64,000 nt of DNA from Octopus vulgaris (GCA_951406725.2 OX597817.1:54560001-54624000); one strand, 5' to 3'; counted from the stretch's first letter, positions 14,930-28,904 are shown. A program made the numbers and translations. Notes: generated by a model not told the origin, from the sequence alone.

Positions 14930-15464
14930 GAGTGAGAGAGCAGTTCATGCCATCAAAGTGACACTGGGGTAAAATATACGAAGCCCAATATACCCATCAT
15001 GACTACCCGTCTGATAAGGGTACACCAAGCACATGCATCACAACCATATGTGCGCGACATGGTGATCTCATATCAAGATAAACAGCACATGACCTTGCAG
15101 GTGGGGCCCAGTTAGAATTTTCTTCAGGTCGAGTAGCCCATCCCGCTCAAAAGGTCCCTGAATAAGGGTTGTTTAAGGATGTTGAAAGAACCACCCATGT
15201 TTCCAGAGGTGAATTATTCAAACCCCAAAGAATCCCTCTCCCCCACTACTTCTGCTCGTGATCAGAGATGCACATATCGTCAGCCACTAAGGGACATGCT
15301 CAACTGGTTAAGGTCAAACAACTGACAAGCAAGTCTGTGGTATTGAGCAGAATATTTGCTGTAGCTCATCCTTTATACCAAGACAAAACAACGTACATGA
15401 TAACACTTCCAATCAGTTAAGATGAGAAGCCATGAGAGCCACTGCCTGGTACTGCATCAGGGCA

Positions 15465-15465
<1 letters not shown>
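14930..15465. mobile_element. Non-coding insert inside an (ATT)n tract; probable non-autonomous TAA-associated element
   Basis: About 535 bp of complex sequence bounded on both sides by pure (ATT)n; no ORF. Confidence 0.45.
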
Positions 15466-15521
<56 letters not shown>

Positions 15522-15526
15522 CAAAG

Positions 15527-15720
15527 GAAGCAAACTAGTAGAAATAAGCATGCCGGACAAAATGCTTAAAAGAATTTATTCTGAGTCATTACATTCCGTG
15601 TTGAAATTCCGCAGAGGTAGACTTTGCTTTTCATCCTGTTGTAATCGATAAAATGAGTACCAGTTGCGTTTTAGGGTCGATGCAATCAACTGGCCCCTTG
15701 TGCCTAGAGCAGAAAGAATT
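15527..15720 (+). mobile_element. SINE family B, diverged
   Basis: GACTTTGCTTTTCATCCTG...GATAAAATGAGTACCAGTT motif. Confidence 0.7.
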
Positions 15721-16262
15721 AACTGTTTAGGTGATAGTAGTGTTAGTTGAGGTTATAGTATGTTGCTGATAGCGTTGTACTGTTGTTGGTGGAACTAGTA
15801 ATAGTAGTCGTAGTAGTGGTGGTGGTGGAAGTTGTGAATAGATCAGTGCGTGACAGAAGTTGTCTCGATGGTGGTGGTGGTGGTGATAGGAAGGGCGAGG
15901 AGGTGTTTGATAGAGAACTAGAATGTAGAGGTGCGGTGTGAGGCGATGTAAGAGGAACGTGAAATGGAAGGGGAGGGGTGAAGGTCGTGTTGTAGAAGAA
16001 GGGGGAAGGGTGTTTGTCTCGTCGTTGTGGCGGAGGAGTTTGGGATGGGATGGAGGAGAGAAGAATTATATTTGAAAAATGGAGGGAGTAGGAAGGAGGA
16101 GAAAGGAGAAGAAGGACAGAATATATTTAGGGAAGAATGAGAAGGAAAACACAGAAGGAAAGTGAAAGTGAAAGAACGAAGGAAAAAGAACGAAAGAAAA
16201 AGAAGGCTGTTAAATAATCAAGGAATAAAAATAAGCGAAGGCAGCAAAGAAGGAAAGAGTCA

Positions 16263-16320
<58 letters not shown>

Positions 16321-16715
16321 TGTGTGGTAAGAAGCTTGCTTCCTAACAACATGGTGCCGGGTTCAGTCCCACTGCGTAGTGCCTGGGGCAAGTATCTTCT
16401 ACTACAGCGAGAAGACAACCAAGGCCTTGTGAGTAGATTTGGTAGACAGAAATTCATCAACATATATATATATATATGTTATATATATATACATCTTTGT
16501 GTGTGTGTGTTTGTTTCCCCGGTGTTGGTGTGTTTATGTTCCCGTAACTTAGCGGTGCAGCAAAAAAGACCGATACAGTAAGTACTAAACTATATTTTAA
16601 AAAAACACGAACAAAAATGTCCTGGGGTCGATTTGTTCGACTAAAACCCTCCAAGGCGGTGCTCCAGCATGGCCGCAGTTAACCGACTGAAGCAAGTGAA
16701 AGAATAAAAGAATAA
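16321..16715 (+). mobile_element. SINE family A
   Basis: Homology to other copies, including the tail. Confidence 0.85.
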
Positions 16716-19275
16716 AGGAATAAAGAGAGAGGGAGAGAATGAAATAAGAGACAGAAATAAAGCCACAGAGAGAGAGAGAGAGAGCGAGAGAGGCTGAGTG
16801 AGAATGATTATGAATGAGTATGAAGAATGGGAAGGTAGGAGGAAAGAAAAGAAAGAGATAAAGAAGAAATGAAAGAAAATACGGGAAGGAGGAATTATAA
16901 ATAAAAGAAAGAGAAGAGAGAGGCATAGAAGGGGTTGAAAGAAAGTTTTATAGAGAGAGAGAGTGGGGAGGAGATAGAGTAAAAGGAATGAACGAGTTTT
17001 GGGAGACACAAATGGGAATGACGAATTGGTGGTGTTTAAATGAAGGAGAGAGGGTGAGAATGAAGGAAAATAGTAAAAAAAATAGAGAGAGACAGAGAGA
17101 CAGAGAGACAGAGAGAGTGAGAGTGAGAGAGAGGAGGAGTAGTTGTAGTAAAGGTCATGAAGAAAAAAAGAGGGTGGTAGTATGTGATGGTTAGCCGGGG
17201 GTGTTGGTGTGAGATAAGAAGTTTAAAGGTGGTAGCTGTGAAAGAATGGAGAAGAGAAGGAATGGTTATGTATGTTGAAGAGAATAGAGTTGTTGGTGAT
17301 ATAAAACGTGAGGGTTAGTCGGAGGAGATGGAACCGTCGAAGGTGTCGGTGGGAGATAAGAAGGGTAGGTGCGGTGGGAGGTAAGCGAGCAAGAAAGAAA
17401 GGTTATCTGTATATACAGAAGTGAAACGAGGGGAATAGGAAGAGGTGATAGATAGACGAGGGTGTTGGTGGGAGATAAGAGAGTAAATGGTGGTGGCGGT
17501 GGTGGTGGTAGCAGTGGATAGGCGGAGGTGGGTGGAGAGAGAGATAGTTGAATGTGTCGTCTGCAAAATGGTGGCAGAGAAAGAAAGAAAGATAGAAAGA
17601 AAGATAGAAACAAACGAAAAAAAGAAAAAAAAAAGAAAAAAGAAAAAGCGCTACTAAATCAAAGAGAGACCTTGCTTTTCGGTTCGTGTCTAGATTGAAA
17701 ACTGGCGAATCAGTGAACGAAAGAAATGGCGCGCTGCTCAGCTGGAAATGCTGATTTCTGCTTGATTCCTGCCAGGGAAGCTGCAGCAATTCAAAAGAGA
17801 ACATAATATTACGCAAGTCTTTGAAATTGCTTTTCAAATTCTTACTTTCATATCGAACAGGGAGAAGAAGAAGAAGCAGAGACGAAAAAGTAGAAGAGAA
17901 AATGGCAACCATCGATTTTTCCTTCGTTCATTTTGTTTGTTTTACTAATTTTATTTTATTATTATAGTTTTCTTTCTCCTTTTTCTTTCTAGAGAGATCA
18001 CCCCCTCTCTCTCTCGTTCTCTCTTTCTCTATTTCTATCTTTCTCGTTAATTATTCATCTACCCTCTGTATGTGTATATGTATGTGTATATGTGCGTATA
18101 TGTGTGTGTGTGTGTGATTCTGCAACGCTCATCTCATCCATTCACTCACTCATTCATTCTCTCATTCACGCCTTCTTCTACAGCTTCATTTTCCCTCCTC
18201 TTTCATTCTTTGTCTCTTCTTCAATAATGGCGCTCACAATCTCCATCCTTACATCTCTATCCCCCTCTATTTATGTTTCTGCGTTTATCTCTAGGTTCTC
18301 CTCCTCCTGTATCTCTCTCTCACTTTCACCTCCCACTATCACTCATTCTATACTCCTCTTCCTTCTTTCTTTAATAAAACTCATTCAGTTTTTTTTTTTT
18401 CTCTTTTATTCACTTCTATGCTCATTTCTTCTTTTGTGTATGTCTCTCTCACTCTTTCTCTCTCTCTCCCTTTGAATCTTACCTCCTACTGTCACTCATT
18501 ATAAATTCCTTCTTTTTTCAATAAATCCCTTTCGAGCCTTCTCCTTCCTTGCTCTAACTCTTTCACGTATTCTCGTCTCACTTCGTATTCGTTCCTTCTC
18601 ACATACTCGATCACACTCGTTCACTCTCACATCATTACCTCCTCCACCCCTTTTCTTTCAATCTCTCTCTCTCTCTCTTCACTCCTACTCTTTCTACTAC
18701 TCTAACATCTTTCCACCCCTCTCATACTTATTTCCCCCCCGTTCCAGTCCCTCTTTCTTCTACTCTCTTAAACTTTGCACCTCCGTTATTCCATTCATCT
18801 TCACATAAATCTCTCTCTCTCTCCTTTTCCCCCTCTTTCTATTTCTTTATACTAACCCTCACTCTCCACTTCACTCCCACCTCTACTGCCGCAGCTTCTC
18901 TCTTTCTTACTTACTCTCTCTCTCTCTCTGACTCTTTCTCTCTTTCTCTCTCTCTCTCTCACCCTCACTCACACGCAAGTATTGGCTCCTCCCACATATT
19001 TTCTCTCTATCTTTTTCTGCTACCCAGCTACCCAGCTACCCTTTTACTTTTTCATCTCACCCGTTTCCTCCACCCCCAGGATTTCTTTATATTTATACTC
19101 CCCTCTCTTTCCATTTCTCTCTCTATGTCTCTTTCCTGCTATCTTTAATACCCTATCTTCCACTACCCCTCTCTCATTTCACACTTTTCTCTTCTACCCC
19201 GTCAAACTCTACTCACAATTTCCTTATCTCTCGTTTTTCCGCCCCCCTTTCAACCATCCATCCGTCTCTCCTCGC

Positions 19276-19321
<46 letters not shown>

Positions 19322-20850
19322 AATCTCTCTCCCTCTAATCCCTTCCTTTCTTCGTTCTTTTCCATCCACTAACTCCGCCTATTATCCTTTCACCAATCCC
19401 TCTTACTACCACTCTGACACCTCTCACTATATCTATCAGTTATCAACACCACACTTTCTCTTTATATATATATACATACATACATGCTTACACACACTCA
19501 GACACGCACACACACACACACACACATACACACGCACACACACACGCACACACACACGTACCTTACTCATCTCTCTCTCATTGTCTTTCTTTTTTTCTCT
19601 TCACTCTGCTTCCAAATGTCTTCCAAAGTTCTTAATTTTTCCCCCTCTCCCTTCTCCAACTTCTCACTATTACTTTCTAACAGTAGTCTCTCTCTCCCTC
19701 CCTCTCTCTCCTTCTCCCTCTCTCTCCTTCTCCCTCTCTCCCACCCTCTCTCTCCTTTCATTCTCTTTTTCCCTACACGTCTTTCTCTCCTTTCTCTCCT
19801 GTCTTTTGTTTTTTCTCTCTCTCTCTCTCAATCCTCATCCTAACTCTTTACAATTCCCTATCCACCTGTTTTCCTACTTCTACCCTGCTGTTTCATACTC
19901 ACTCTCTCCCTCTCTTTATCCCCTTCCCTACTCTTCCTCTCTCTCTCACTTTTCTCTCTTCTTCTCTCTCTCTACCTTTCCCTCTATCACATATCTCACC
20001 ATCGCTTTCTCTATTTCTCCCTCTCCCCACTCTTTATTCATTCCTATCCCTCTTTCTCCTTTTGACACTATGTCCCGGTTATATTTTCCTTCCATTCACT
20101 CATTCCACCCTGTTACACAATAAACTCCCTCTAATCCTACCCCCGTCCTCTCCTTCAATCCCTATACCCTGACTTTTCACCCTGTTACGCCTTACTCTCC
20201 TCCCATCTTTCTCTTTCTTCATTCACATCTACATCCTTCTTTCTTAAACCTTTTCTCTGTCTCTAGTTCATTCTCCATCTTTTCTGTATACCATTCCATC
20301 TAATCTCTTCATACTTTCTCTCACACTCTACTCACTCTCCCTCTTTCAGCTTTACTTATCAATCTTCAATATCCTTCGTACACCTTTTCCTTTAAGAGTC
20401 TCTCTCTCTCTCTCTCTCTCAATTTCTCGTTGTTTAACCCCAGATCATCTATAATCCCACACACCTAACACCGACTACATCTCAACCGTTGCCATCTTGA
20501 GCATTTTCAACACAAGTGAATCGGGAATAGCATTGTTTAGTCCGCCCTTTCATTTTACAACAGCAAAGTGTAATCTGAGGAAAGTTTCTCAGATATTTCT
20601 AGCAGTCAGAGTTACTAATTAGGGGGCATTTCATTGGCTGGTTATATCTTGTATAGGATGTCTTCAGATATTTTCCATTTAGGAACCTTTCAGATTTTCG
20701 TCTTTAATATTCGTTTCAAGATTCCATGATTCTGTTTTCTACTTTGAATTCCCTCAGTGCTTTAAGACTGTGCATTGTTGCTGCATGGAGTGTAATTACC
20801 ACATGTTATATATGTATATGCATGGGTCTTTACGTATCTGTTTTTATATA

Positions 20851-21297
20851 CAGGTTGGCCCAAAAGTAGGTTTACAGTTATTCAACTATCTTTTTCGCCT
20901 TCATATAGTAACAGTTAAGATCTTAACCCATTAAGTCCCAGAGTACTTAAATTTCTGTATATTACTTTTAAATTTTTACAGATGATTGAATATAGGTTAA
21001 AATGAAAAAAAATAATTATTAACACTCCTTTACTTTAAGTAAAAATGGAAATAAATAGGACACTGAGACAATGTGATTATAGCTGATTTAATGTTCTCAT
21101 TTAGTGTCCTATTTATAGGACAGTGGGTCTTAATGGGTTAATTATAAAAAAATATGAAACTATTATTCTATGCTAATTTAGTTAATTTTATCAAGTTCTC
21201 TTTTCAGTTTGTAAGATAGAAATTTAAATGTAATAAAATGTTTTAAAAGAAAATTATAGTGCCAACGTGATAACTGTAAGCCTAATTTTGGGCCACC

Positions 21298-21300
<3 letters not shown>
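20851..21300. mobile_element. Tc1/mariner-type MITE hosting a nested piggyBac-type MITE
   Basis: TA-flanked TIRs CAGGTTGGCCCAAAAGTAGGTTTACAGTTA / TAACTGTAAGCCTAATTTTGGGCCACCCTG. Confidence 0.75.
20927..21137. mobile_element. piggyBac-type MITE
   Basis: TTAA on both sides; TIRs CCCATTAAGTCCCA / TGGGTCTTAATGGG. Confidence 0.7.
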
Positions 21301-21352
<52 letters not shown>

Positions 21353-21397
21353 TATATATATATATGTATATGTGTGTGTGTGTATATATATATATAT

Positions 21398-21585
21398 AGT
21401 GAGAATTTGCAAAAAAAGAAAAGACGAAGACGTGTGTGTAAACAACAAACAGACGTATTAGTTTAACGCTCGGGAAGTAAGAAAGTCTTTCACGTTTCGA
21501 GCCTACGCTCTTCGACAGAAAGTATCACAGGAATAAACAGGGAGAGAAAATAGAAAAGGTTTAGTGGCTAGAGATCTATCGTGCC

Positions 21586-21587
<2 letters not shown>
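21398..21587 (-). mobile_element. TA-embedded element of about 190 bp (family E) with HHR-like motif at 21487-21522
   Basis: Minus strand CTTT-CTGTCGA-A-GAGC-GTAG-GCTC-GAAA-CG-TG-AAAG; homologous to 35487-35663 and 57826-57985; (TA)n on both sides. Confidence 0.7.
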
Positions 21588-21635
<48 letters not shown>

Positions 21636-21751
21636 AATATTTGCATAAAATGTATGCTTCCCTTCTTCTTGCAGTTTGACTCTGCACACTTCATGCAGTC
21701 CGTACACTCTGATTATGCATGTCTACTGTTACATACATTGTCCCTACATCT

Positions 21752-22390
21752 AGCGCTGGATTAACTATTAAGCAAGATAAGCGCGTACTCAGGGCTTGAA
21801 TGGGGACAGCACAGATATGGTAAATAGTTTACGGCACAAATAAATCACTTTAAACTTATTAGAATAATATTCGGGATGTCGTATCTCAACTAAGTATAAA
21901 AGGAAACGTGTTACATAAGATTAATTTTGAGCATCTGATCAAAGACTTTTCAATTCAAAAAAGTAGGAGAAAACTTTTCAAATATAAATAAAGTAGAAAT
22001 ATACAAAAATAAGCATTATTTTTTTATCTTACTGTTAGTTTTGTCTTATTTTGAAAAATATTCATTTTATGGTTTATTGTTATTAATATTTTGAACATCT
22101 TGGTGGCGAGCTGACAGAAACGTTAGCATGCCGGGTGAAATTCTTAGCGGTATTTCGTCTGCCGTTACGTTCTGAGTTCAAATTCCGCCGAGGTCGACTT
22201 TGCCTTTCATCCTTTCGGGGTCGATAAATTTGAGTACCAGTTACGCACTGGGGTCGAAGTAATCGACTTAATCCGTTTGTCTGTCCTTGTTTGTCCCCTC
22301 TGTGTTTAGCCCCTTGTGGGTAGTAAAGAAATATATATATTCAACATCTTTTAAGCGCTTAGGATGTCTATGGGTCATAATCCGGTCCTG
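21752..22390 (+). mobile_element. hAT-derived MITE interrupted by a SINE
   Basis: Ends AGCGCTGGATTAAC / CATAATCCGGTCCTG; internal FEHLIKDFSIQKSRRK resembles a hAT C-terminus. Confidence 0.5.
22102..22333 (+). mobile_element. SINE family B, full length
   Basis: tRNA-like head GGTGGCGAGCTGACAGAAACGTTAGC; imperfect TSD ..AACATCTT on both sides. Confidence 0.9.
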
Positions 22391-22983
22391 CCTACCCCGT
22401 ATTCCATATCCCGATATATTTCTATCCATCAACACCAAAGTCCTTTCTGAACATCGGCCATTTTGTGTTTATAAATCTAAACACTCCTTATAGTCTCCAA
22501 TTCTTTACATTCTCAAACATATTTTATTGATATCAATTCTATACCATCTCTTTCTCTCTCTCTTTCTGTCTATCTGTCTGTCTGTCTCGCTCTCCATTAC
22601 ATTTCCTTCGACATCTTCCTCCATCTCATCTTGTCTACTTGCAATTCTCATTGACTGTTTGTATTTTCTTTTGTTTATAACTAATAGTTGACTTAAGTTC
22701 TCATACTCTCAGCCTCTTCACTTGACTAGATTCTCGCCGCCATCTTCTAACTTCAGCTGACCTACTAACACGCTGTGGTTATTTACCTCTTTCTACCACT
22801 CTTCCATCTCTGTTCACCTCCTCCCTCATCGTCCGTCTCGCACACCAGTCACCATTTCTTAGTGAATTTTACTTGCTTCGAACATCATCTCTTTATACAT
22901 CATTCATTTCCTCTATTTCATCTTTTACATTCGCATTTCTTCGACAATACAGTCAGATTTTAAATATTCTTTCTCTCTCTCTC

Positions 22984-23042
<59 letters not shown>

Positions 23043-23057
23043 GTTTGTGTGTGTGTG

Positions 23058-23094
<37 letters not shown>

Positions 23095-23304
23095 TCGAAA
23101 TACGAGAGTAGAAAAACAGCTAACAACTGATGAAGGGTCGTTCTTTGTGTCTTTCGTTGTTCGAAAAAGTAGTTCATATTCCATGTACTCGTACACCGTA
23201 TTTTTTGTTGTACACGTTTCGTGACATCCTGTGCCCACATATGCATGTATATATACGTATAGATGTAAGTATGTACATATACGTATATAGATATATGCAT
23301 ATAT

Positions 23305-23374
<70 letters not shown>

Positions 23375-23414
23375 ATATGTATATACATATACATATATAT
23401 ATATATATATATTT

Positions 23415-23448
<34 letters not shown>

Positions 23449-24102
23449 ACTGTATATATCTCATACATATTAAATGAAGCATAAAATATATAATACACAT
23501 TCTATAAGGCCCCATAATAGCAAAAAGAGTCGGTAACTGGTATCGTTTGAACGACAAATAAAATATATTATATTGCAGTACCTCTTCCAGGTCGTAACGT
23601 CCAATGCCAACTGAGATAAACTTCGTATTTCCTGCTTCCGGAGCCAACGAAACAAAGTACCCATACAGTATTGGCTCAATTCTCAGTATTGTAGAAAATA
23701 GTTTTCACTATTTCTTCCTGATCTCCAAATTCTGAGTGTCTACTTGCTTAGAGTCACCCTGAATGCGACTGACCGACAAGAAAACGTCCTGTAAAGAAAG
23801 TGAGATTCTCCAACGAAAATTCCGTGACAAACAGGATCGTGTCTGCTGTCGAAGTCAACAGTTGTCCTCGTGTGAATTTAAGTGAGTATGGATCAAAGGG
23901 GACACGTTGCGGGAGGTTCCAATAATGGCCTTCTTTTTCCGCCCCTTCACGTTCCTCTCTCCTTCTCGCTCTCTTCTAGTCTACTATGATAACGCAACTG
24001 TCCCGGGGTCAATTTCCTCGACTAAAGGTGATGCTCCAGCATGGCCACAGTCAAATGACTGAAACAATAATAGAGTAAAAGAGTATTATTATTATTATTA
24101 TT

Positions 24103-24728
24103 CTATGTTTGACTTTTGCTTTATGTCTGTACAAGTTGGCTCCAAGTCTCACCCAGAGACCTCAAGAGACAACAGGTTGGAAGTTCTGTGCCCTATATTT
24201 GGCTTTTTTTTTTTTTTTTTTTTGGTGTTGTACTAGTGAATGTCTAATACATAAAAATAATAAATAAATAAATAAATAAAAATAAATAAAAGAAAAGTTT
24301 GTTTTAAACCTTGGGATTACATAGAGAGTATTTTGCGTAGGATATGAGCAGTTCCCATGAGCACTATCTTTTGAATTTCTGCCATTTTGGGGTTTCCTGG
24401 TATCTGAGTTAGGTAGCAATCAGTCCCTTTCGCTATCATTCCCAGGGCACCTATGACAACAGGTATTGTTTTAGTCTTCAGCTTCCACATTTTGCTGATT
24501 TCTATTTCAAGATCTTTATATTTGCTCAGTTTTTGGTAGGTCTTGACAGATACGTTTATATCGATTGGGACAGTCATATCAATGAGGAGGTATGTTCTTT
24601 GTCTGAAGTCTTTCAATATAATGTCTGGCCTATTTGCATCTATCTTCCTGTCAGTTTGAATGGTGAAGTTCCAGAGGAGTGAGATGTGGTCATTTTCAAG
24701 CACAGGAGGTGGATTGTGTTCCCACCAG

Positions 24729-24732
<4 letters not shown>
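24103..24732 (-). mobile_element. 3' fragment of an RLE-type (R4/Dong-like) retrotransposon in a (TAA)n tract
   Basis: Open frame WWEHNP...ANRPDIILKD...LLIDMTVP..KLSKYKDL..EISKMW...PVVIGALG...ILRKILSM* (PD-D/ExK-type RLE); (ATT)n on both flanks. Confidence 0.85.
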
Positions 24733-24814
<82 letters not shown>

Positions 24815-25799
24815 CATTATTATTACCAATATCTTAATTATCATGTTGTTTCATCTGATATGTCCCGTGGTAACAAAATACCGATAGTAAAGAATGGTAA
24901 AGAATGATTGTGTAATGAAGAACACTCTGCTACAATGGAATTATCTCCAAGATATGGAATACTTGAAGCCATTTACCAAGACACACTGCCTGCCTAAGAA
25001 CACATCGATGTGAAAATAGACGAGTGGTTTGAGTATACGTTGATGTTGATGATATCACCGTCGTGGTCGTCGCCGTCGTTGTTATTGGAGTCGTTGTTGA
25101 TAGAATTTAGGATTATACACTGCAATGTTCTTATAATGGAGCGAATAGAAATAATGGAAAATAATGGAATGGAATTATCAGACAAGAAAGTAATAAAATA
25201 GGCTGGAATGATGGCTATAAATATTTAGAGGTTTTAGAAACGGTTTGGATCAAGACAACTAGCATGAAGTAAACTATTTGGAACGGAATATATAAGAAGC
25301 TTGGAACTAGCGCAGAAATCTAAGCTGGGAAATAATAATAAAACATTTTCTAGTCATAAAAATATGGGCCATATTTCTTGTCGGATATTCTAAAGTGAAA
25401 TATAGAGTAACACGTTAGATTAGGATAGGAATATTTCGAAACTAATGCGTTTGAATGAGTTCTGGAACACTTCAGAGATGGGGAAAAAGCAGTCTTGGTT
25501 CTCGTTCTTCACACAATCAATATATTTCTTATTTCATCTCTTCTTAATTCTCATGACTTCTAGTAGTTTCTTCTTTTCGCATGAATTTATTTCTAATTAA
25601 AATGGTGGAGACAGTATAGCGAGCAAGAATTTAGTAAACAAGGAATTGGTTTCCAGTCAGCTTCGGTATAAGTTATATTGAGGAATCGGAGAGTGTTCCA
25701 CGAATTTTGCTTTGCATACAGACAAGGCGCTCGTCCTGGAATATAAACAACCCCCTCGAAGCCCTCAAAGCAACAGTATATAACTTATCTTTTTCTTGT

Positions 25800-26243
25800 T
25801 TTAGTTATAGTTATTCAACTGTGGCCATGCTGGAGCAGCGTCTTCAAGAAGTTTTAGCCGAACGAATCGATTCCCAGTATTTAATTCTTCTAAAGCCTGG
25901 AATTTATTCGGTTGATCTCTTCTGCCGAACCGCTAAGGTACTGTGATGTAAAGACATCGCTATTGGTTGTCAAGCAGCGGTGGGGGACAAACACAGATGC
26001 AAACGCGCGCGCGCACAACGCAGGCACACACACACACACACACAAGTATACACACACATAAAAACACGCACACGTCAACGACAAGCTTCTTTCAGTTTTC
26101 GTTGACCAAATCCACTCACAAGGCTTTGGTCAGCCCGGGGATATAGTAGAAGGCTCTTTGCTAAGGTGCCACGCAACAGGACTGATCCGGAAATGATGTG
26201 GTTGAGAAGCATCCTTACTACCACACAGCCATGCCTGCGCCTA
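25800..26243 (-). mobile_element. SINE family A
   Basis: Homology to other copies. Confidence 0.85.
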
Positions 26244-26937
26244 CATATTTTTCAAGTTTTAAGTTCAGGACTCCATGGTAACATTTTATGCCACTTCTAC
26301 TATGATATTTACCACTGACTCCTCCTCCTCCTGTCACCCTTACTGAGTCACACCTGTAATTCCGCGCTAATCCTCACTCGTTGTTGTTCCTTTTCAAAAC
26401 CTCGGACCTATGGAATTCCATTTCTAATCATGTTTTTTTTTTTTGCCGGTAAGGTTCAAGATAATCATTAAAGGCCCCAATTTCACGAAACTACAAGAAG
26501 GCTCTTCTTCAATGCGAGCAAGTAAAAAGCAAAGTAAATAGATAATTGAAAACAAAAAGGCATCGGGGTGGGGATTGTGGGCGACGTATACCCTGCGCGC
26601 AGATACAATTTTTTCGCAAATTATAGTGCGGCTTAAAGAAGGATCAGCATACCGAAGCTGCAAAGGCAATGGCATAGATTACAGCTACACTACCTGCAGG
26701 TTTTCCTAGGCGTTGTTCGCTTCATAAATCTATAGTTTCGGGTTCAATCCCTCGGTACACCACTTTTCCTGAAATGTCCTTTGCCATACATTTGCTTCTT
26801 TGGGGGTTCGGCGAAATCATTGTGAGGGAAATTTGGTTGGCCCTAATTTAGCGATATTGAACTTTATTGAGTTTATTGTAAAACTAATTTTAATTACGAA
26901 AATTACTCATTCATTTTACTGATATTTCTTTCAATCA

Positions 26938-27297
26938 CTTCAGTCATTAGACTGTGGCCATGATGGGGCACCGACTGGAAGAATTTTTAGTCGAATGAAT
27001 CGACCCCAGTACTTCCTTTTTTTAAAGCCTAGTACTTATTCTATCAGTCTCTTTTGCCGAACCGCTAACTTACGGGAACGCAAACAAACCAATACCGGTT
27101 GTCAAGCAGTGGTGGTGCGGTCAAAGACACACACATACATATACGACTGGCTTCTTTCACTTTCCGCCTACCAAATCTACTCACAAGGCTTTGGTCGGCT
27201 AGAGGCTTTAGTAGAATTCACTTGCCCAAGATGCCACACAGTGGGACTGAACCCGGAACCATGTGATTGAGAAGTAAGCTTCTAACCACACAGCGCC
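26938..27297 (-). mobile_element. SINE family A
   Basis: Homology to other copies. Confidence 0.85.
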
Positions 27298-28452
27298 TGT
27301 GATTTCGCATCCCGATAAGTTTGTTGCTACTGACTTTCTTTCACGAGAGAAGTCACGTGACCTAGTGGTTAGAGTTTTATTTTCGTATCCTATAGGTTGT
27401 GGTTTCAATTCCTGGGTGGGGCTGTGCGTTTTTTCGTTGATCAAGGAACATCAATTTATGATCCTTCAATCTGGTCATCCGACTACTGGGTGCAGTCTTT
27501 CCTCACTGTAATAGTCACATCCACCGACGTCCCATTGCGTTGAGTGGTTCGAGGGCTAAGATCGTGCCTGTGTCTGCTCGTGACTCCACAGGTACCTAAA
27601 AGAATGGACGAAAGCATGGTGCTAGATATCACGTGATACTCGCTTCTGAATGGTTGTCAATTTTTTTTCTTTTATTTTAACTCAAACAGGAATCCATATT
27701 TTATCAGGAACTCGTCGAATTTAGAGCTGCAAAAGAAGAAGAAGAAGAAGGAGGAGGAGGAGGAGGAGGAGGAGAAGAAGGCGGAGGGGAAGGATGAGGA
27801 GGGGGAGAAGAAGAAGAAGTAGAAGAAGAAGAAGAAGAAAAAGAAGAAGAAGAAGAAGAAGAAGAAGAAGAAGAAGAAGAAGAAGAAGAAGAAGAAGAAG
27901 AAGAAGAAGAAGAAGAAGAAGAAGAGGCTATGGACATGGTAGGAAGGAAATAATACAATGAAGACGAATATAAGGATAGAAAGAAGGAAAAAAGCAAAAA
28001 ACGCAAAAAACGAGAAATGTGGATTAGATAACAGAGAAAGAGAAAAAGATTTTAAAAGATTTACCAAATTTAAAAAAAAATAGGAAATTCGAATGTAAAA
28101 GCGGAAGCAATATTGAATGAAATAAAAAGTAACAAATGAAGGAGTAATAAAACAATTTTGAGAGAAGAAAAGTGAATAAATGAATGAATGAGGAAAGAAA
28201 AGTAAAAAGGAACAAATTTCTGCGATTGTTGAATGTTTTTCAGCAACATTTATATTTAAACGAAGAAATTGTGAAAATATTTTATCGAGGAAAATGTCAC
28301 CGGATTTTATTGAATATTTTGTTGGTGTTCTTGATGTTGTTGATGATGGTGATGATGTTATCGTGGTAGTCGCTGCTTTTCTTCTTCTTCTTCTTCTTCT
28401 TCTTCTTCTTCTTCTTCTTCTTCTTCTTCTTCTTCTTCTTCTTCTTCTTCTC

Positions 28453-28483
<31 letters not shown>

Positions 28484-28672
28484 AATCTTTATTTATAAAA
28501 CAAGTCCACCATTGCATCATCATTACCACTATTGCTACGACGACTACAACCACGTCACCACCACCTCACCACCATCACCTTACCACCACCACCTCAACAC
28601 CACCACTACCACCACCGCCCCCACCACCACGACAACAACAACAACAACGACGACGACGAAGCTGCTATTAAC

Positions 28673-28902
28673 TATTTCTTTATTATCTACAAGGGGCTAC
28701 ACACAGGGGACAAACAAAGACCGACATAGGTATTAAGTCGATTACATCGACCTCAGTGCGTAACTGGTACTTAATTTATCGACCCCGAAAGGATGAAAGG
28801 CAAAGTCGACCTCGGCGGAATTTGAACTCACAACGTAACGACAGACGAAATACGGCTACGCATTTCGCCCGGCGTGCTAACGTTTCTGCCAGCTCGCCGC
28901 CT
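28673..28902 (-). mobile_element. SINE family B
   Basis: Reverse-complement homolog of 22102-22333. Confidence 0.9.
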
Positions 28903-28904
28903 TA

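Noticed and set aside
17403-17912. 169-aa minus-strand ORF as a host gene
   Set aside because: No recognisable domain and low-complexity ends; kept only as a possible non-coding island
27672-28553. 293-aa poly-R/poly-F ORF
   Set aside because: Artefact of the (CTT)n and (GAA)n tracts
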